The notes under the pieces were generated by a model, which did no database searches, had not been told where the DNA came from, and saw only the letters and a list, made by a program, of their open reading frames with translations. Source: Candidatus Yanofskybacteria bacterium CG10_big_fil_rev_8_21_14_0_10_36_16 (GTDB lineage: Bacteria; Patescibacteriota; Minisyncoccia; 2-02-FULL-40-12; IGHO2-01-FULL-4-A). Taken from it: a stretch of DNA of 64,000 bases. A program made the position numbers and the translations under genes. The DNA is taken from contig PCXQ01000003.1 of the NCBI GenBank assembly GCA_002794035.1, positions 19,451 through 83,450 of the forward strand. Reading direction: 5' to 3'. Numbering within the stretch: position 1 is the first letter of the stretch; each line of letters starts with the position of its first letter. Positions 1-9,079 of this stretch are shown in pieces.

Positions 1-1
1 C

Positions 2-886
2 AGGATTGAGAAGGCGAATTTTGAAGCAATAAAATATTTTTATGATGAAGGCATAGACAAAGGCAATGTTCAGTGGTGTGTTATTGCTGGAGCAACTAAG
101 GGGTGGGCAGAAAAAGTTTTCCCTAAGGTTCCACCTGTTGTAGCTCACACCAAGCTTTGGGATTATATTTTTAAAATTACTCGATCTGATAGAGATGATG
201 CTCTTGATGCTTGGGAAAGACATCTTGATTTATTAAGAAGCAGATCCGAAAAATTAAATGATCTTGGTATTGATATGTTAAGATTCCAAGGTGAGGGTAC
301 TGACTTAACTGTTGGCTTATCTCATAAAGCTTTATTTATGAGTGCTTTTGAAAAAACACATCGAGGTATAAGTTATTGCGCCAATATTCCTACCGAAGAG
401 GTTTACACGACTCCTGATCGTAGGAGGACACGAGGACACTTTGCTGCAACAAGACCTGTCTTGGTAGGGGGTAATTTAGTTGAAGGTCTTAAGGTTGTGT
501 TTGATAACGAAGGCGGAGTTGCTAATTTTTCATGCAGGAAAGGTCATGAAGCATTTGAAAAAAATATTACCGCAGATGAGGGTGCCAGATTTTTAGGAGA
601 AGTGGCAAAAGTGGGTGTTGATTCACCAATTTTTGAAAGTGGAATCATATCTAATGAAATTCTTACTGACGAAAATGCCGCATGCCATGTAGCGCTAGGC
701 GGTGCATATAGAACATGTTTCAAAGATTTTGCACAAATTAGCGACGAAGAATATAAAGAACTCGGCTGTAACTATAGTTCCAGACATTTAGATGTGATGA
801 TATCTAATAAAACTACAGATGTTACCGCTGTAACGAGGGATGGTAAAGAAGTATTGCTTCTTAAAAAGGGACGTTGGCAGATTTAA
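2..886 (+). CDS. M29 (AmpS/aminopeptidase II) metallo-aminopeptidase, 5'-truncated by the window edge
   Basis: Frame is open from base 2 (..VQWCVIAGATKGWAEKVFP..). Motifs ANIPTEEVYTTP, GEVA, DENAACHVALG and S-x-HLDVMI match the M29 family. Confidence 0.85.
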   Translation, partial: RIEKANFEAIKYFYDEGIDKGNVQWCVIAGATKGWAEKVFPKVPPVVAHTKLWDYIFKITRSDRDDALDAWERHLDLLRSRSEKLNDLGIDMLRFQGEGTDLTVGLSHKALFMSAFEKTHRGISYCANIPTEEVYTTPDRRRTRGHFAATRPVLVGGNLVEGLKVVFDNEGGVANFSCRKGHEAFEKNITADEGARFLGEVAKVGVDSPIFESGIISNEILTDENAACHVALGGAYRTCFKDFAQISDEEYKELGCNYSSRHLDVMISNKTTDVTAVTRDGKEVLLLKKGRWQI

Positions 887-897
887 TGCCGTAATTT

Positions 898-922
898 AAA
901 ACCAGCTTAAAAAGCTGGTTTT
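898..922. terminator. Bidirectional intrinsic terminator
   Basis: aaaaccagctt-aaa-agctggtttt hairpin between the converging peptidase and tRNA-Ala. Confidence 0.75.
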
Positions 923-928
923 GTTTTT

Positions 929-1004
929 TGGTGGACCCGATGAGACTTGAACTCACAACCTCCTCCATGCCATGGAGGCGCTCTGCCAGTTGAGCTACGG
1001 GCCC
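929..1004 (-). tRNA. tRNA-Ala(GGC), CCA encoded
   Basis: Reverse complement GGGCCCGTAGCTCAACTGGCAGAGCGCCTCCATGGCATGGAGGAGGTTGTGAGTTCAAGTCTCATCGGGTCCACCA folds as a cloverleaf with anticodon GGC and G3-U70. Confidence 0.95.
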
Positions 1005-1066
1005 TCACACTCATAAACAATAGGCTTCACTTGTGCCTTAGGGCGTTATTGTTTATGAGTGTGAGG
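1003..1066. repeat. Perfect 20-bp inverted repeat abutting the tRNA-Ala 5' end
   Basis: cctcacactcataaacaata (1003-1022) and tattgtttatgagtgtgagg (1047-1066). Confidence 0.9.
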
Positions 1067-1077
1067 ACTGGCCCTTT

Positions 1078-2043
1078 TTATTTTAAGTATTGTACTTCTT
1101 CTTCTAATTCTATTCCGAATTCCTTCCTTACCTTATTTTTAAGGATTTTTGCTATTTTTGCAACATCAGAGGCTTTGCCTCCGCCTTGGTTTAAAATTAA
1201 ATTGCCATGGTAATCAGCGACTTTTATTTTTCCAGTTTTAACTCCTTTTGCTCCCACAAGATCAAGAAGGTAGCCACTTGCTAGTTTGCCATATTTAATT
1301 TTACCTTTATCAATTTTTTTAAACAGATCTATGCGAGTTTTTGCAGGCAGATCTTTTAAAATAATATTTTTAAAAAAACTGCCGGGGCACAAAAGTCCGG
1401 GTTGGTATTTTTGTTCTCGTAATTTAATAATGTCACTTGAAATCTTTTTAAGTTTTTTTGGATTTTCTTTTTTGAATTTAAATTCTGCACCCAATATTAC
1501 CCAGTTTAAGTTTTTTTTAAAGATACTGTTTCGGTAATCAAATTCACACCGGTTTCGAGTAAGCCACATTGCTTTTGGGTTGCTCGTGCTGAGCTGTGCC
1601 GAAGCATCCACAACTTTTACTCTAAGTAAGCAATCCTTTATTTCTTGTCCGTAAGCCCCCGCGCATCCATATATGGCTCCGCCAATTGTTCCGGGTATGC
1701 CTGCCATTTTTTCCATTCCTGTCAATCCTAAAGAATTTAATTTAAAAATAAATTTTAATAAATTTTTTCCTGAGCCAACATTAACTTTGTTGTTGGTTGT
1801 TTGTATGTGTTTAATGCTATTTTGAATAATAAGACCATGGTATCCTTTGTCACTGGCAACTATGTTTGATCCTTCGCCTATGATTTTGCACTTTATTTTT
1901 TTATCTTTGGCCCATAGCATTGCTTCGATTAATTTTTTTTCGGTTTTTGCTACAAAAAAATATTTAGCCGGACCGCCTATTTGCATAGAGGTTAGTTTGT
2001 GGAGAGAGTAGTTTTTTATAAATTTTTTATTAATGTGTGCCAA
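1078..2043 (-). CDS. murB: UDP-N-acetylenolpyruvoylglucosamine reductase
   Basis: IGGPAKYF, IGEGSNI, GIPGTIGGA, FDYRNSIFK, GSFFKN, HGNLILN, LEEEV. Start is probably TTG 2043 (ORF track gives 2085, inside a repeat tract). Confidence 0.92.
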   Translation of the reverse strand: MAHINKKFIKNYSLHKLTSMQIGGPAKYFFVAKTEKKLIEAMLWAKDKKIKCKIIGEGSNIVASDKGYHGLIIQNSIKHIQTTNNKVNVGSGKNLLKFIFKLNSLGLTGMEKMAGIPGTIGGAIYGCAGAYGQEIKDCLLRVKVVDASAQLSTSNPKAMWLTRNRCEFDYRNSIFKKNLNWVILGAEFKFKKENPKKLKKISSDIIKLREQKYQPGLLCPGSFFKNIILKDLPAKTRIDLFKKIDKGKIKYGKLASGYLLDLVGAKGVKTGKIKVADYHGNLILNQGGGKASDVAKIAKILKNKVRKEFGIELEEEVQYLK

Positions 2044-2230
2044 ATAAATTATTATTAAATCTAAAACTAAAAATCCAAAGCTCAAACCAAATATAAAATT
2101 TAAAATATCAATTTTTTTATTTTAAAGTCTAGGGGTTTAAACATTGGTTTGGATTTTGAAGTTGGGATTTTGGATTTCAAACCTGAGCCACATACTACAT
2201 CTGATCAATACGAGAGTTGCATATTTTTAT

Positions 2231-3754
2231 CTATAGTTCGCCCAATACGCGGATTTGAGCTCCAATTGAATTTAGTCTTTCAGCAATTTCTTCATATCCG
2301 CGGTTTATTGAGTAAACATTTCTTAGAACCGATGTGCCTTCAGCTGCAAGCATGGCAATTAGAATTATCATGGCTGGCCTTAAGGCAGGGGGGCATACAA
2401 CTTGGGTTGCTTTTAATTTTGTTTTTCCAGATACAAAGACTCTATGAGGATCAGCAAGGGTTATGTTAGCGCCAAGTCGATTTAACTCAGTAAAATAAAT
2501 GGCTCTGTTTTCCCACATCCAATCATGTATTAAAGTAGTTCCTTCGCTTTGTGTGGCTATCGGGACAAAAAAGGGCAGGTTGTCTGAATTTATGCCGGGG
2601 TAGGGTAGGGCGTGTATTTTATCAGCCGAAGACTTTAGTTTTGAAGGCAAAACAGTTATGTCTACCAATTCTGTTTTGCCATTGTATGACTTATACTTTT
2701 TAGATAGTGAAAATTTAAGCCCCATTTTTTCAAGCTTCAACAGCTCAAGTTCTAAAAAGTTTATAGGGGCTCGTTTAATGGTTAATTTGGAGCCCGTAGT
2801 AGCTGCAACCGATATAAACATCATGGCTTCAATGGGGTCCTCGCTGTTGTGATATTCTAGGGGTTTATTGAATTTTGATATTCCATGAACCACTAGGCTT
2901 GTTGTACCAATGCCGTCAATTTTTACGCCCATTTTTTCAAGGAAAAAACAGAGTTCTTGAACCTGATAGTTTGGGGGAGCGAAGCTTATCTTTGTTGTCC
3001 CAGGAATAAGTGCTGATGCCATTAAGACGTTGTTTGTTGCCGTATCGCTTGCTTCATACATTGTTATTTCGGCAGGTTTTAATTTTGTTGTTCGTACGTC
3101 ATAATATCCTCTTTTTGTTTCTATATTTATTCCTAGTTTTTCAAGACCAAACCGGTGTGCAGTAATTGTTCTGTTTCCCATTTTGCATCCTCCTGCATGG
3201 GGAAGGCGGAATGATGGCTTGTTGTGTATAGAAGGCCCTATAAGCATTAAACTAGACCTTACCCTGGAGGCAGACTGACTGTTTATTTTGCTTAGGGATA
3301 ATTTTTTAGGCGGAGTTATTTCTAGACTATGAGTTCCTACCCAGCGAACATTAACCCCCATGCTTTCCATTATTTCGATAAGACGATTTATTTCTTCTAT
3401 TCTAGCTATACCGTGAAGAGTTGTTTTGTTTTGGTTGAGTAATGATGCACACAACAAAGAAACTGATCCATTTTTTGAAAAATTTGTAGTGATACTGCCC
3501 GAAACTTTTTGACCTCCCCTTATTTCAAAGTCTAGGGATTCAGGTATTGCCAGTATTTTTCTATCCAGAATCCTGCTTATTTTTAATAGTTCGCCTGTGC
3601 TAAAATTTTGCTTTCCTGATTCCATGCGGGCAACAGCTGGTTGGGAGGTAGCAAGAGCTTTAGCAAATTGAGCCTGAGATAAACCACGTTGTTTGCGCAG
3701 GTTTTTTATAAATTGTCCTAATTTTTTTTGGGCGGTGGAATCGTATGTTTTCAT
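2231..3754 (-). CDS. murA: XRE-family HTH fused to UDP-N-acetylglucosamine 1-carboxyvinyltransferase
   Basis: N-terminal XRE HTH (LRKQRGLSQAQFAKALATSQPAVARMESG) followed by MurA motifs SKN, AGGCKMGNR (catalytic Cys), PYPG-SD, ENR and RGYE. Confidence 0.92.
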   Translation of the reverse strand: MKTYDSTAQKKLGQFIKNLRKQRGLSQAQFAKALATSQPAVARMESGKQNFSTGELLKISRILDRKILAIPESLDFEIRGGQKVSGSITTNFSKNGSVSLLCASLLNQNKTTLHGIARIEEINRLIEIMESMGVNVRWVGTHSLEITPPKKLSLSKINSQSASRVRSSLMLIGPSIHNKPSFRLPHAGGCKMGNRTITAHRFGLEKLGINIETKRGYYDVRTTKLKPAEITMYEASDTATNNVLMASALIPGTTKISFAPPNYQVQELCFFLEKMGVKIDGIGTTSLVVHGISKFNKPLEYHNSEDPIEAMMFISVAATTGSKLTIKRAPINFLELELLKLEKMGLKFSLSKKYKSYNGKTELVDITVLPSKLKSSADKIHALPYPGINSDNLPFFVPIATQSEGTTLIHDWMWENRAIYFTELNRLGANITLADPHRVFVSGKTKLKATQVVCPPALRPAMIILIAMLAAEGTSVLRNVYSINRGYEEIAERLNSIGAQIRVLGEL

Positions 3755-3758
3755 ATCA

Positions 3759-3780
3759 TTTATATCATATATGATATAAA
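3759..3780. promoter_or_regulatory. Perfect 22-bp palindrome, putative operator of HTH-MurA
   Basis: tttatatcatatatgatataaa is its own reverse complement and ends 4 nt upstream of the murA ATG. Confidence 0.7.
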
Positions 3781-3879
3781 GTAAAATGTTATCAACAATG
3801 AAGTCTTTTTTTTGCTTAAAAAAAATTATTGAAAAAATGCTTAAAAAATGGCATAATTTAGTAACATAACGATGTAATT

Positions 3880-3952
3880 CTCCCTGTAGTTCAATCGGAT
3901 AGAACGGAGGTTTCCTAAACCTTAAATCCAGGTTCGATTCCTGGCGGGGAGA
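3880..3952 (+). tRNA. tRNA-Arg(CCT), CCA not encoded
   Basis: CTCCCTG-TA-GTTC..GAAC-G-GAGGT-TTCCTAA-ACCTT-AAAT-CCAGG-TTCGATT-CCTGG-CGGGGAG-A. Confidence 0.93.
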
Positions 3953-4025
3953 CTGATTGAATCATTTTCTAAAGTTAATAGGCTGGGTTAATTTTTATAA
4001 ATATTTTATCGAGCTTAGCTCGATA

Positions 4026-4124
4026 AGGTTCGACAGAATTTTTTAACGTTTCGCGAGGACGCTCCACTAAAATTCTGGACAAAGTGAAACAGTTCACTTT
4101 GTCTCCGTGGCGGGGAGACTGATT
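4026..4124 (+). pseudogene. Duplicated tRNA-Arg 3' end interrupted by hairpins
   Basis: tggcggggagactgatt occurs at 3942-3958 and again at 4108-4124. The second copy is preceded by aggttcga and two inserted hairpins. Confidence 0.7.
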
Positions 4125-4126
4125 AA

Positions 4127-5581
4127 ATGAAAATTCCAGAAGAAATAATAAAAATTTTAAATAAGTTAGAAGAGGCCGGCTTTGAGGCCTATGTTGTGGG
4201 CGGATGCGTACGCGATTTTATTTTAGATATAGAGCCAAAGGATTGGGATATTACCACTAATGCAAAACCAGAGGAAATACAAAAAGTTTTTGGTGAAGAA
4301 AATACTTTTTATGAAAACCAATTTGGTACTGTGGGAATTAAAACGGGATCAGAACCCGAGGCCTTATCTGTAGTCGAAGCGACAACCTATAGAACTGAAT
4401 CGAAATATACCGACAAACGACACCCTGATGAAATAAAATTTGCGGATAAATTGGAAGATGATCTTGGTCGCAGGGACTTTACTGTTAATGCAATGGCTAT
4501 GAATAGCAATGGAGATATCTCAGATCCTTTTGGTGGAGAGGGTGATTTAAAAAATAAGATATTAAAAGCCGTTGGGGATCCAGAAGAACGCTTTAATGAG
4601 GATGCATTACGAATGCTTAGGGCGGTAAGATTTGCTGTGACTATAAATTTAAATATAGAAGAAAAAACTTTTAAGGCCATAGAAAAACATCATGAACTTC
4701 TGAAGATGATATCAAAAGAAAGAATAAGAGATGAATTTAGAAAAATAATCGATTCCAACGGTGCAACACGGGGAATAGAAATACTAAAAGATACAGGGCT
4801 TATGAAATATATAATGCCAGAACTTTTAGAAGGAGTAGGGGTTGGGCAAAATAAGCATCACATATATACGGTTTGGGAACACAACCTTAGGGCCTTGCAA
4901 TATGCTATGGATAAAAAATATTCAACTGTTGTCAGAATGGCCTCTCTTTTGCATGATGTTGGAAAGCCTCAGACGAAGAGAGGAGAGGGAGAAGAAGCTA
5001 CTTTTTATGGGCATGAAATAGTTGGGGCCCGCATGGCAACTAAATTTTTGGACCGTTTGCATTGGCCTAAAAAAGAAGCAGAAGATATTGTGCGCTTGGT
5101 TCGTTATCATCTTTTTTACTATAATGTTGGAGAGGTTACCGAAAGTTCGGTAAGACGGCTTGTTGCCAATATTGGAAGAGAAAACGTTGAAGATCTTATA
5201 AAAGTTCGAGAAGCAGATCGTATTGGCTCAGGTGTGCCCAAGGCCAGGCCTTACAAATTGCGCCATCTAATGTTTATGATAGATAAGGTTTCTCGTGATC
5301 CGATATCTCCCAAGATGTTGGAACTTAATGGGGATGAACTTATGAAACTACTTGGTCTTGAGCCGGGGCCCAAGGTGGGGCTTTTAATAAATGCATTAAT
5401 GGGCGAGGTTCTTGATGATCCAGATAGAAACAATAAGGATTATTTAGTTAACAGAGTGAAGGAACTAAATGAGATGCCCGACAGTGACCTTTTTGAACTT
5501 GCAAAACTTGGACAAACAAAAACTACTGAGGAAGAAGATAGGGAAATTTCAAAAATTAAATCAAAACATTATGTAACATAA
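4127..5581 (+). CDS. cca: CCA-adding tRNA nucleotidyltransferase with HD domain
   Basis: VGGCVRD, DWDITT, RRDFTVNA, EDALRMLRA, SKERIRDE and LLHDVGKP motifs. Confidence 0.92.
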   Translation: MKIPEEIIKILNKLEEAGFEAYVVGGCVRDFILDIEPKDWDITTNAKPEEIQKVFGEENTFYENQFGTVGIKTGSEPEALSVVEATTYRTESKYTDKRHPDEIKFADKLEDDLGRRDFTVNAMAMNSNGDISDPFGGEGDLKNKILKAVGDPEERFNEDALRMLRAVRFAVTINLNIEEKTFKAIEKHHELLKMISKERIRDEFRKIIDSNGATRGIEILKDTGLMKYIMPELLEGVGVGQNKHHIYTVWEHNLRALQYAMDKKYSTVVRMASLLHDVGKPQTKRGEGEEATFYGHEIVGARMATKFLDRLHWPKKEAEDIVRLVRYHLFYYNVGEVTESSVRRLVANIGRENVEDLIKVREADRIGSGVPKARPYKLRHLMFMIDKVSRDPISPKMLELNGDELMKLLGLEPGPKVGLLINALMGEVLDDPDRNNKDYLVNRVKELNEMPDSDLFELAKLGQTKTTEEEDREISKIKSKHYVT

Positions 5582-5633
5582 TTAATTTATAAGGTGGGTT
5601 GGGAGGGGTACAAACAAGCCACTTTTGAATAAT

Positions 5634-6206
5634 ATGAAATTTGAAACATTCGAAAACACAGTTGGGGAATACGAAAAGGAAGTTGAAAGAATTCAATTAG
5701 AATTAGAAAAATATCTTAATAAGGATGACGCACAAAAAACAACTCGAGAAATATATGATATGGTTCTTGATATTGATGAAAATTTGAATGAACTTCTTAG
5801 TGACCCCAAGGTTTTAGAAAATTATTACTATGACGGTTATATATTTGAATCAAAAAATAAATCTGTAGAAATACACAATGCACCAAATGGTTTAGTAATT
5901 TTAAAAAGTCTAGACGGTGGCATACTGGATAAATTAAGGGAAGACAAAGTGGTAGCAACTAAAGCTTTGTTTGAATGGATTAAGAAATATGCGGATCGTT
6001 CCAAATTTTTATTAACAAGATGGAGAGAAGATAAAACTTTGCGTATGTTTAATCCGAAAGAAATTAAGGAAATTGCAAAGGAGGCAGAAAGATCAAAAGT
6101 TACCTCTCTTTCAAATGAAGAGCAAGAATTCTTTAAATTTTATGAGGAGCAATTAAAAGGGAAAAATGCAGAAAATGGAGAAGATGGAGAAGATGGAATT
6201 AAGTAA
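5634..6206 (+). CDS. Hypothetical acidic protein
   Basis: About 190-aa ORF with genome-like codon usage and no recognised motif; ATG 5634 preferred. Confidence 0.6.
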   Translation: MKFETFENTVGEYEKEVERIQLELEKYLNKDDAQKTTREIYDMVLDIDENLNELLSDPKVLENYYYDGYIFESKNKSVEIHNAPNGLVILKSLDGGILDKLREDKVVATKALFEWIKKYADRSKFLLTRWREDKTLRMFNPKEIKEIAKEAERSKVTSLSNEEQEFFKFYEEQLKGKNAENGEDGEDGIK

Positions 6207-6225
6207 TAAGGGCGTTGTGTGTGAA

Positions 6226-6297
6226 CGGGCCATAGTGTAACGGTAACATGCACGATTCGGGTTCGTGTGATTCCCGGTTCAAATCCGGGTGGCCCGA
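6226..6297 (+). tRNA. tRNA-Pro(CGG)
   Basis: CGGGCCA..CACGA-TTCGGGT-TCGTG..CCCGG-TTCAAAT-CCGGG-TGGCCCG-A cloverleaf. Confidence 0.92.
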
Positions 6298-6429
6298 CTG
6301 ATGAGTTTTGGCTAGGAAGTATTGATCGGAGCGATTGAGTGGGAACGAATGAATACTGAGGTCAGCAAGTCGAACGTGTAGGCAGAATATATAGAGCGAA
6401 AAAAATTAAAATAATTTTAACACTTTATT

Positions 6430-6903
6430 ATGTTTAAAAAATTTTGGGAATGGTATGAAAAACATGAGGAATTAAATACTATCGTTTCTGCAGGGCTTTT
6501 TGTCTTGCAGCTGGTCCATCTTTATTGGTTGACTACCGATGTTGTTTTAATGCGTATTTTTGGTATCAGCTTCTTCTTTCAATGGGGAGAAATAGGGGAT
6601 ACTTTGTTGGCTGTGGTGGATTATACAGAGATCCCAGTTTTAATTTCTGTATCTTTGATTTACATAAACTCAATTAGAAAAAATATGGGTAGTAGAGGCA
6701 AAAACATTCTTTACCTTATCTTTTTAAATTCACAATGGTACCATATATTTTGGATTACAGACGAGGTTGTTGTAGAAAGCTTTTTAACTGCCAGTTGGCA
6801 TCCGGTTTTAATTTGGGGAGCTATATTGATTGATTATTTAGAATTGCCAGTTATCTACGATACAATTAAAAAAACAATAAAGACCTTTTTGGTTAGAAAA
6901 TAA
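6430..6903 (+). CDS. Hypothetical membrane protein (about 4 TM, internally repeated HxxWxTxxVV / xDYxExPV halves)
   Basis: Hydrophobic segments; HLYWLTTDVV..VDYTEIPV is repeated as HIFWITDEVV..IDYLELPV. Confidence 0.75.
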   Translation: MFKKFWEWYEKHEELNTIVSAGLFVLQLVHLYWLTTDVVLMRIFGISFFFQWGEIGDTLLAVVDYTEIPVLISVSLIYINSIRKNMGSRGKNILYLIFLNSQWYHIFWITDEVVVESFLTASWHPVLIWGAILIDYLELPVIYDTIKKTIKTFLVRK

Positions 6904-6919
6904 ATTCAAAATTTCGCAA

Positions 6920-6951
6920 AAAAACATCCCCGCCAAGGCGGGGATGTTTTT
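6920..6951. terminator. Bidirectional terminator
   Basis: aaaaacatccccgcc-aa-ggcggggatgttttt between converging genes. Confidence 0.85.
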
Positions 6952-6975
6952 GTTTGAAAGAATAAAAGAAGGTAA

Positions 6976-7266
6976 TTAGAATCGGTCTCTACCAAATCTG
7001 CCTCCATCTCTCCTCTCTTCTTTAGGTCTTGCTTCATTAACTACTAACTGTCTGCTCTCAAAATCACTTCCATTTAAAGTTTCCACGGCTTTATCAGCGC
7101 CACCATCTTCATCAATAGTTACAAATCCGAAACCTTTGCTTCGGCCTGTGTTTCTGTCTGATATGACGATTGCTTCGCTAACTGTGCCGTAGGATGAAAA
7201 TAAATCCTTAAGCTGGTCATCAGTAGTAGAGTAGGGCAAGTTGCCTACGTATAATTTTTTAGCCAA
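6976..7266 (-). CDS. RRM-domain RNA-binding protein
   Basis: RNP2 LYVGNL, RNP1 KGFGFVT and an Arg/Gly-rich tail; TTG start. Confidence 0.93.
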   Translation of the reverse strand: MAKKLYVGNLPYSTTDDQLKDLFSSYGTVSEAIVISDRNTGRSKGFGFVTIDEDGGADKAVETLNGSDFESRQLVVNEARPKEERRDGGRFGRDRF

Positions 7267-7542
7267 AATAATTGTTTAATAAATGCGATACACACAAAGT
7301 GCGCATCTTTAATTTATTAAACCTAACTAATATTCTGTTTTTTACGACCTGGCTGATTCGATAAAATCCGCCTTTACCTACACGTGATCGTAAGATGGTT
7401 TTTAAACTAACAGGCCTTAGCATACTAGCTCAAGAACCACCTCAACGAAAAGAAACGCTTCGGAAATAAAAACAGCACTTTTTAATATTAACACATCTAA
7501 AATAAATTTACAAGGGCTAATAAAAATGATAGACTATTTTAC

Positions 7543-7626
7543 GGAGGAGTCGGATAGTGGTTTATTCCACCGCACTTGAAATGCGGCGGCCGCAAGGCCT
7601 CGTGGGTTCGAATCCCACCTCCTCCG
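7543..7626 (+). tRNA. tRNA-Ser(TGA)
   Basis: GGAGGAG acceptor, anticodon loop CTTGAAA, long variable arm GGCC-GCAA-GGCC, T arm GTGGGTTCGAATCCCAC. Confidence 0.95.
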
Positions 7627-7729
7627 CAATACCCAATCAGCGAATATGCAGAGTAAATAATTGACACAAACTATAAGTTTGTGCTATTTTATTTTATGGT
7701 TACTTAATCTAGATTATAGGGGAAAAACA

Positions 7730-8065
7730 ATGCTTAGAAAGATACAAAGATTTTTTGAAAAAATTATCATAAATTATTATTCTGATAAAATTTGGTCAAT
7801 TCCTATTTATCATGACGGGGATCAATTTCCCAATCTTGAAGATTTAGAGGAAATGGAAGGGGTAGCTATAGATGCATATAATTACATGCGTGGAACAGAT
7901 AGACTTGGTGCTGGTGATTTTTCTGATGATTCTAAAATCCTTGCAGTTAGAACAGTCGCTTATCAACTCGGTATTTCTATCAGAAAAGTAATTAATCAAT
8001 GTGAAATATGTATTTTGCCATGGGCTGGTTTTCACGGTAAAATTATGGCGAGAATGAAAGCGTAG
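7730..8065 (+). CDS. Orphan hypothetical protein (SD-led cassette)
   Basis: TTGACA (7661)..TGcTATTTT promoter, AGGGG 8 nt before ATG 7730, terminator-like hairpin 8076-8105. Confidence 0.6.
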   Translation: MLRKIQRFFEKIIINYYSDKIWSIPIYHDGDQFPNLEDLEEMEGVAIDAYNYMRGTDRLGAGDFSDDSKILAVRTVAYQLGISIRKVINQCEICILPWAGFHGKIMARMKA

Positions 8066-8152
8066 TCATGAGTATGCGCCTGTAATTTATTATACGGGCG
8101 TTTTGTTTTATTTTAAAAAACCAGCCCGTGTTAGGGCTGGTGGGGAAGGGAG

Positions 8153-8365
8153 CTAATTTACAGAAGTTCCGGAAGTTAAATATTGAAATAAATTTTCTTC
8201 ATTTACCTCTCCTTCGTAAAGTTCATAAACCTCTCTTAAAATATCCACGACTCTTCTTTGCGCTCTTTGAGCAATATTTTGTAAAAGTTCATCAGCTTTT
8301 TTTGATAGGTTAACGCTTTGTGCATTTGAGTCTTCGTCATTTGTCCAAAAAAGAATTCTTGGCAT
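8153..8365 (-). CDS. Orphan 70-aa protein (SD-led cassette)
   Basis: GGAGGT (8376-8371) 5 nt before ATG 8365 (MPRILFW..); terminator 8115-8141. Confidence 0.6.
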   Translation of the reverse strand: MPRILFWTNDEDSNAQSVNLSKKADELLQNIAQRAQRRVVDILREVYELYEGEVNEENLFQYLTSGTSVN

Positions 8366-9079
8366 AAGGCACCTCCAATCAGAAAATATCATTTGTAGGG
8401 TATCATTAGTTGCTATTTTAGCGCAAATTAGATTTAATTTTTTATATAAAAAATGATTATAATAAGTATATAAACATTAATAAATAACATTATTAAAGAT
8501 TGATAGTTATTATTAAATAAGATCTAAATTACTTAAAAAATAATAAAGACATACAACAACATATAAACTAAGAAAGAACTATTTGAATTATAAAACATGA
8601 TAAATTTAAGGCTTTTAAATTAATTAATATTAATATATAAAACTTCTAAAATCTAAAAAATATAAATTGAATATTGTAAAGATAATTTTAATTATTTATA
8701 GGTTATTTTTTATAAAATTTTATGAATTTGACTTATTTGGGGAGTAGATTTGTATTTGGACAATTTTGAATATCCTTGTAAAGTTAGCGTATTTTTTAGA
8801 CAACGTGACTTCCTTACCGGTAATTATTTTTAGCAAACTTGGAGGGATGGGGTTGAATAGTTATTGAATAGCTTTAAATTTTGGTTCTGTTTAAACTTTT
8901 GGGTGTAGGTTGTTTTATGGTTTTTGTGCAAAATTTAGTCATTTTTTATAAAAAATTTAAAGGCACTTTTTATTTCTTGTTTTTTAAAAATTATCCACAA
9001 TTTTTATTGCTGGGGTAAATTATATGTGAGATAATGATTGTAGCACGAGATAGTTAATAAACACTAAGGATATCGGTGT

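Noticed and set aside
947-1213. 88-aa + strand ORF
   Set aside because: Antisense shadow of tRNA-Ala and the murB 3' end.
6298-6400. Purine-rich stretch after tRNA-Pro as an ncRNA or repeat
   Set aside because: No convincing stem and no second copy in the window.
8400-9070. Possible oriC
   Set aside because: Only one clear DnaA box, no dnaA or dnaN nearby, and no switch in gene orientation across it.
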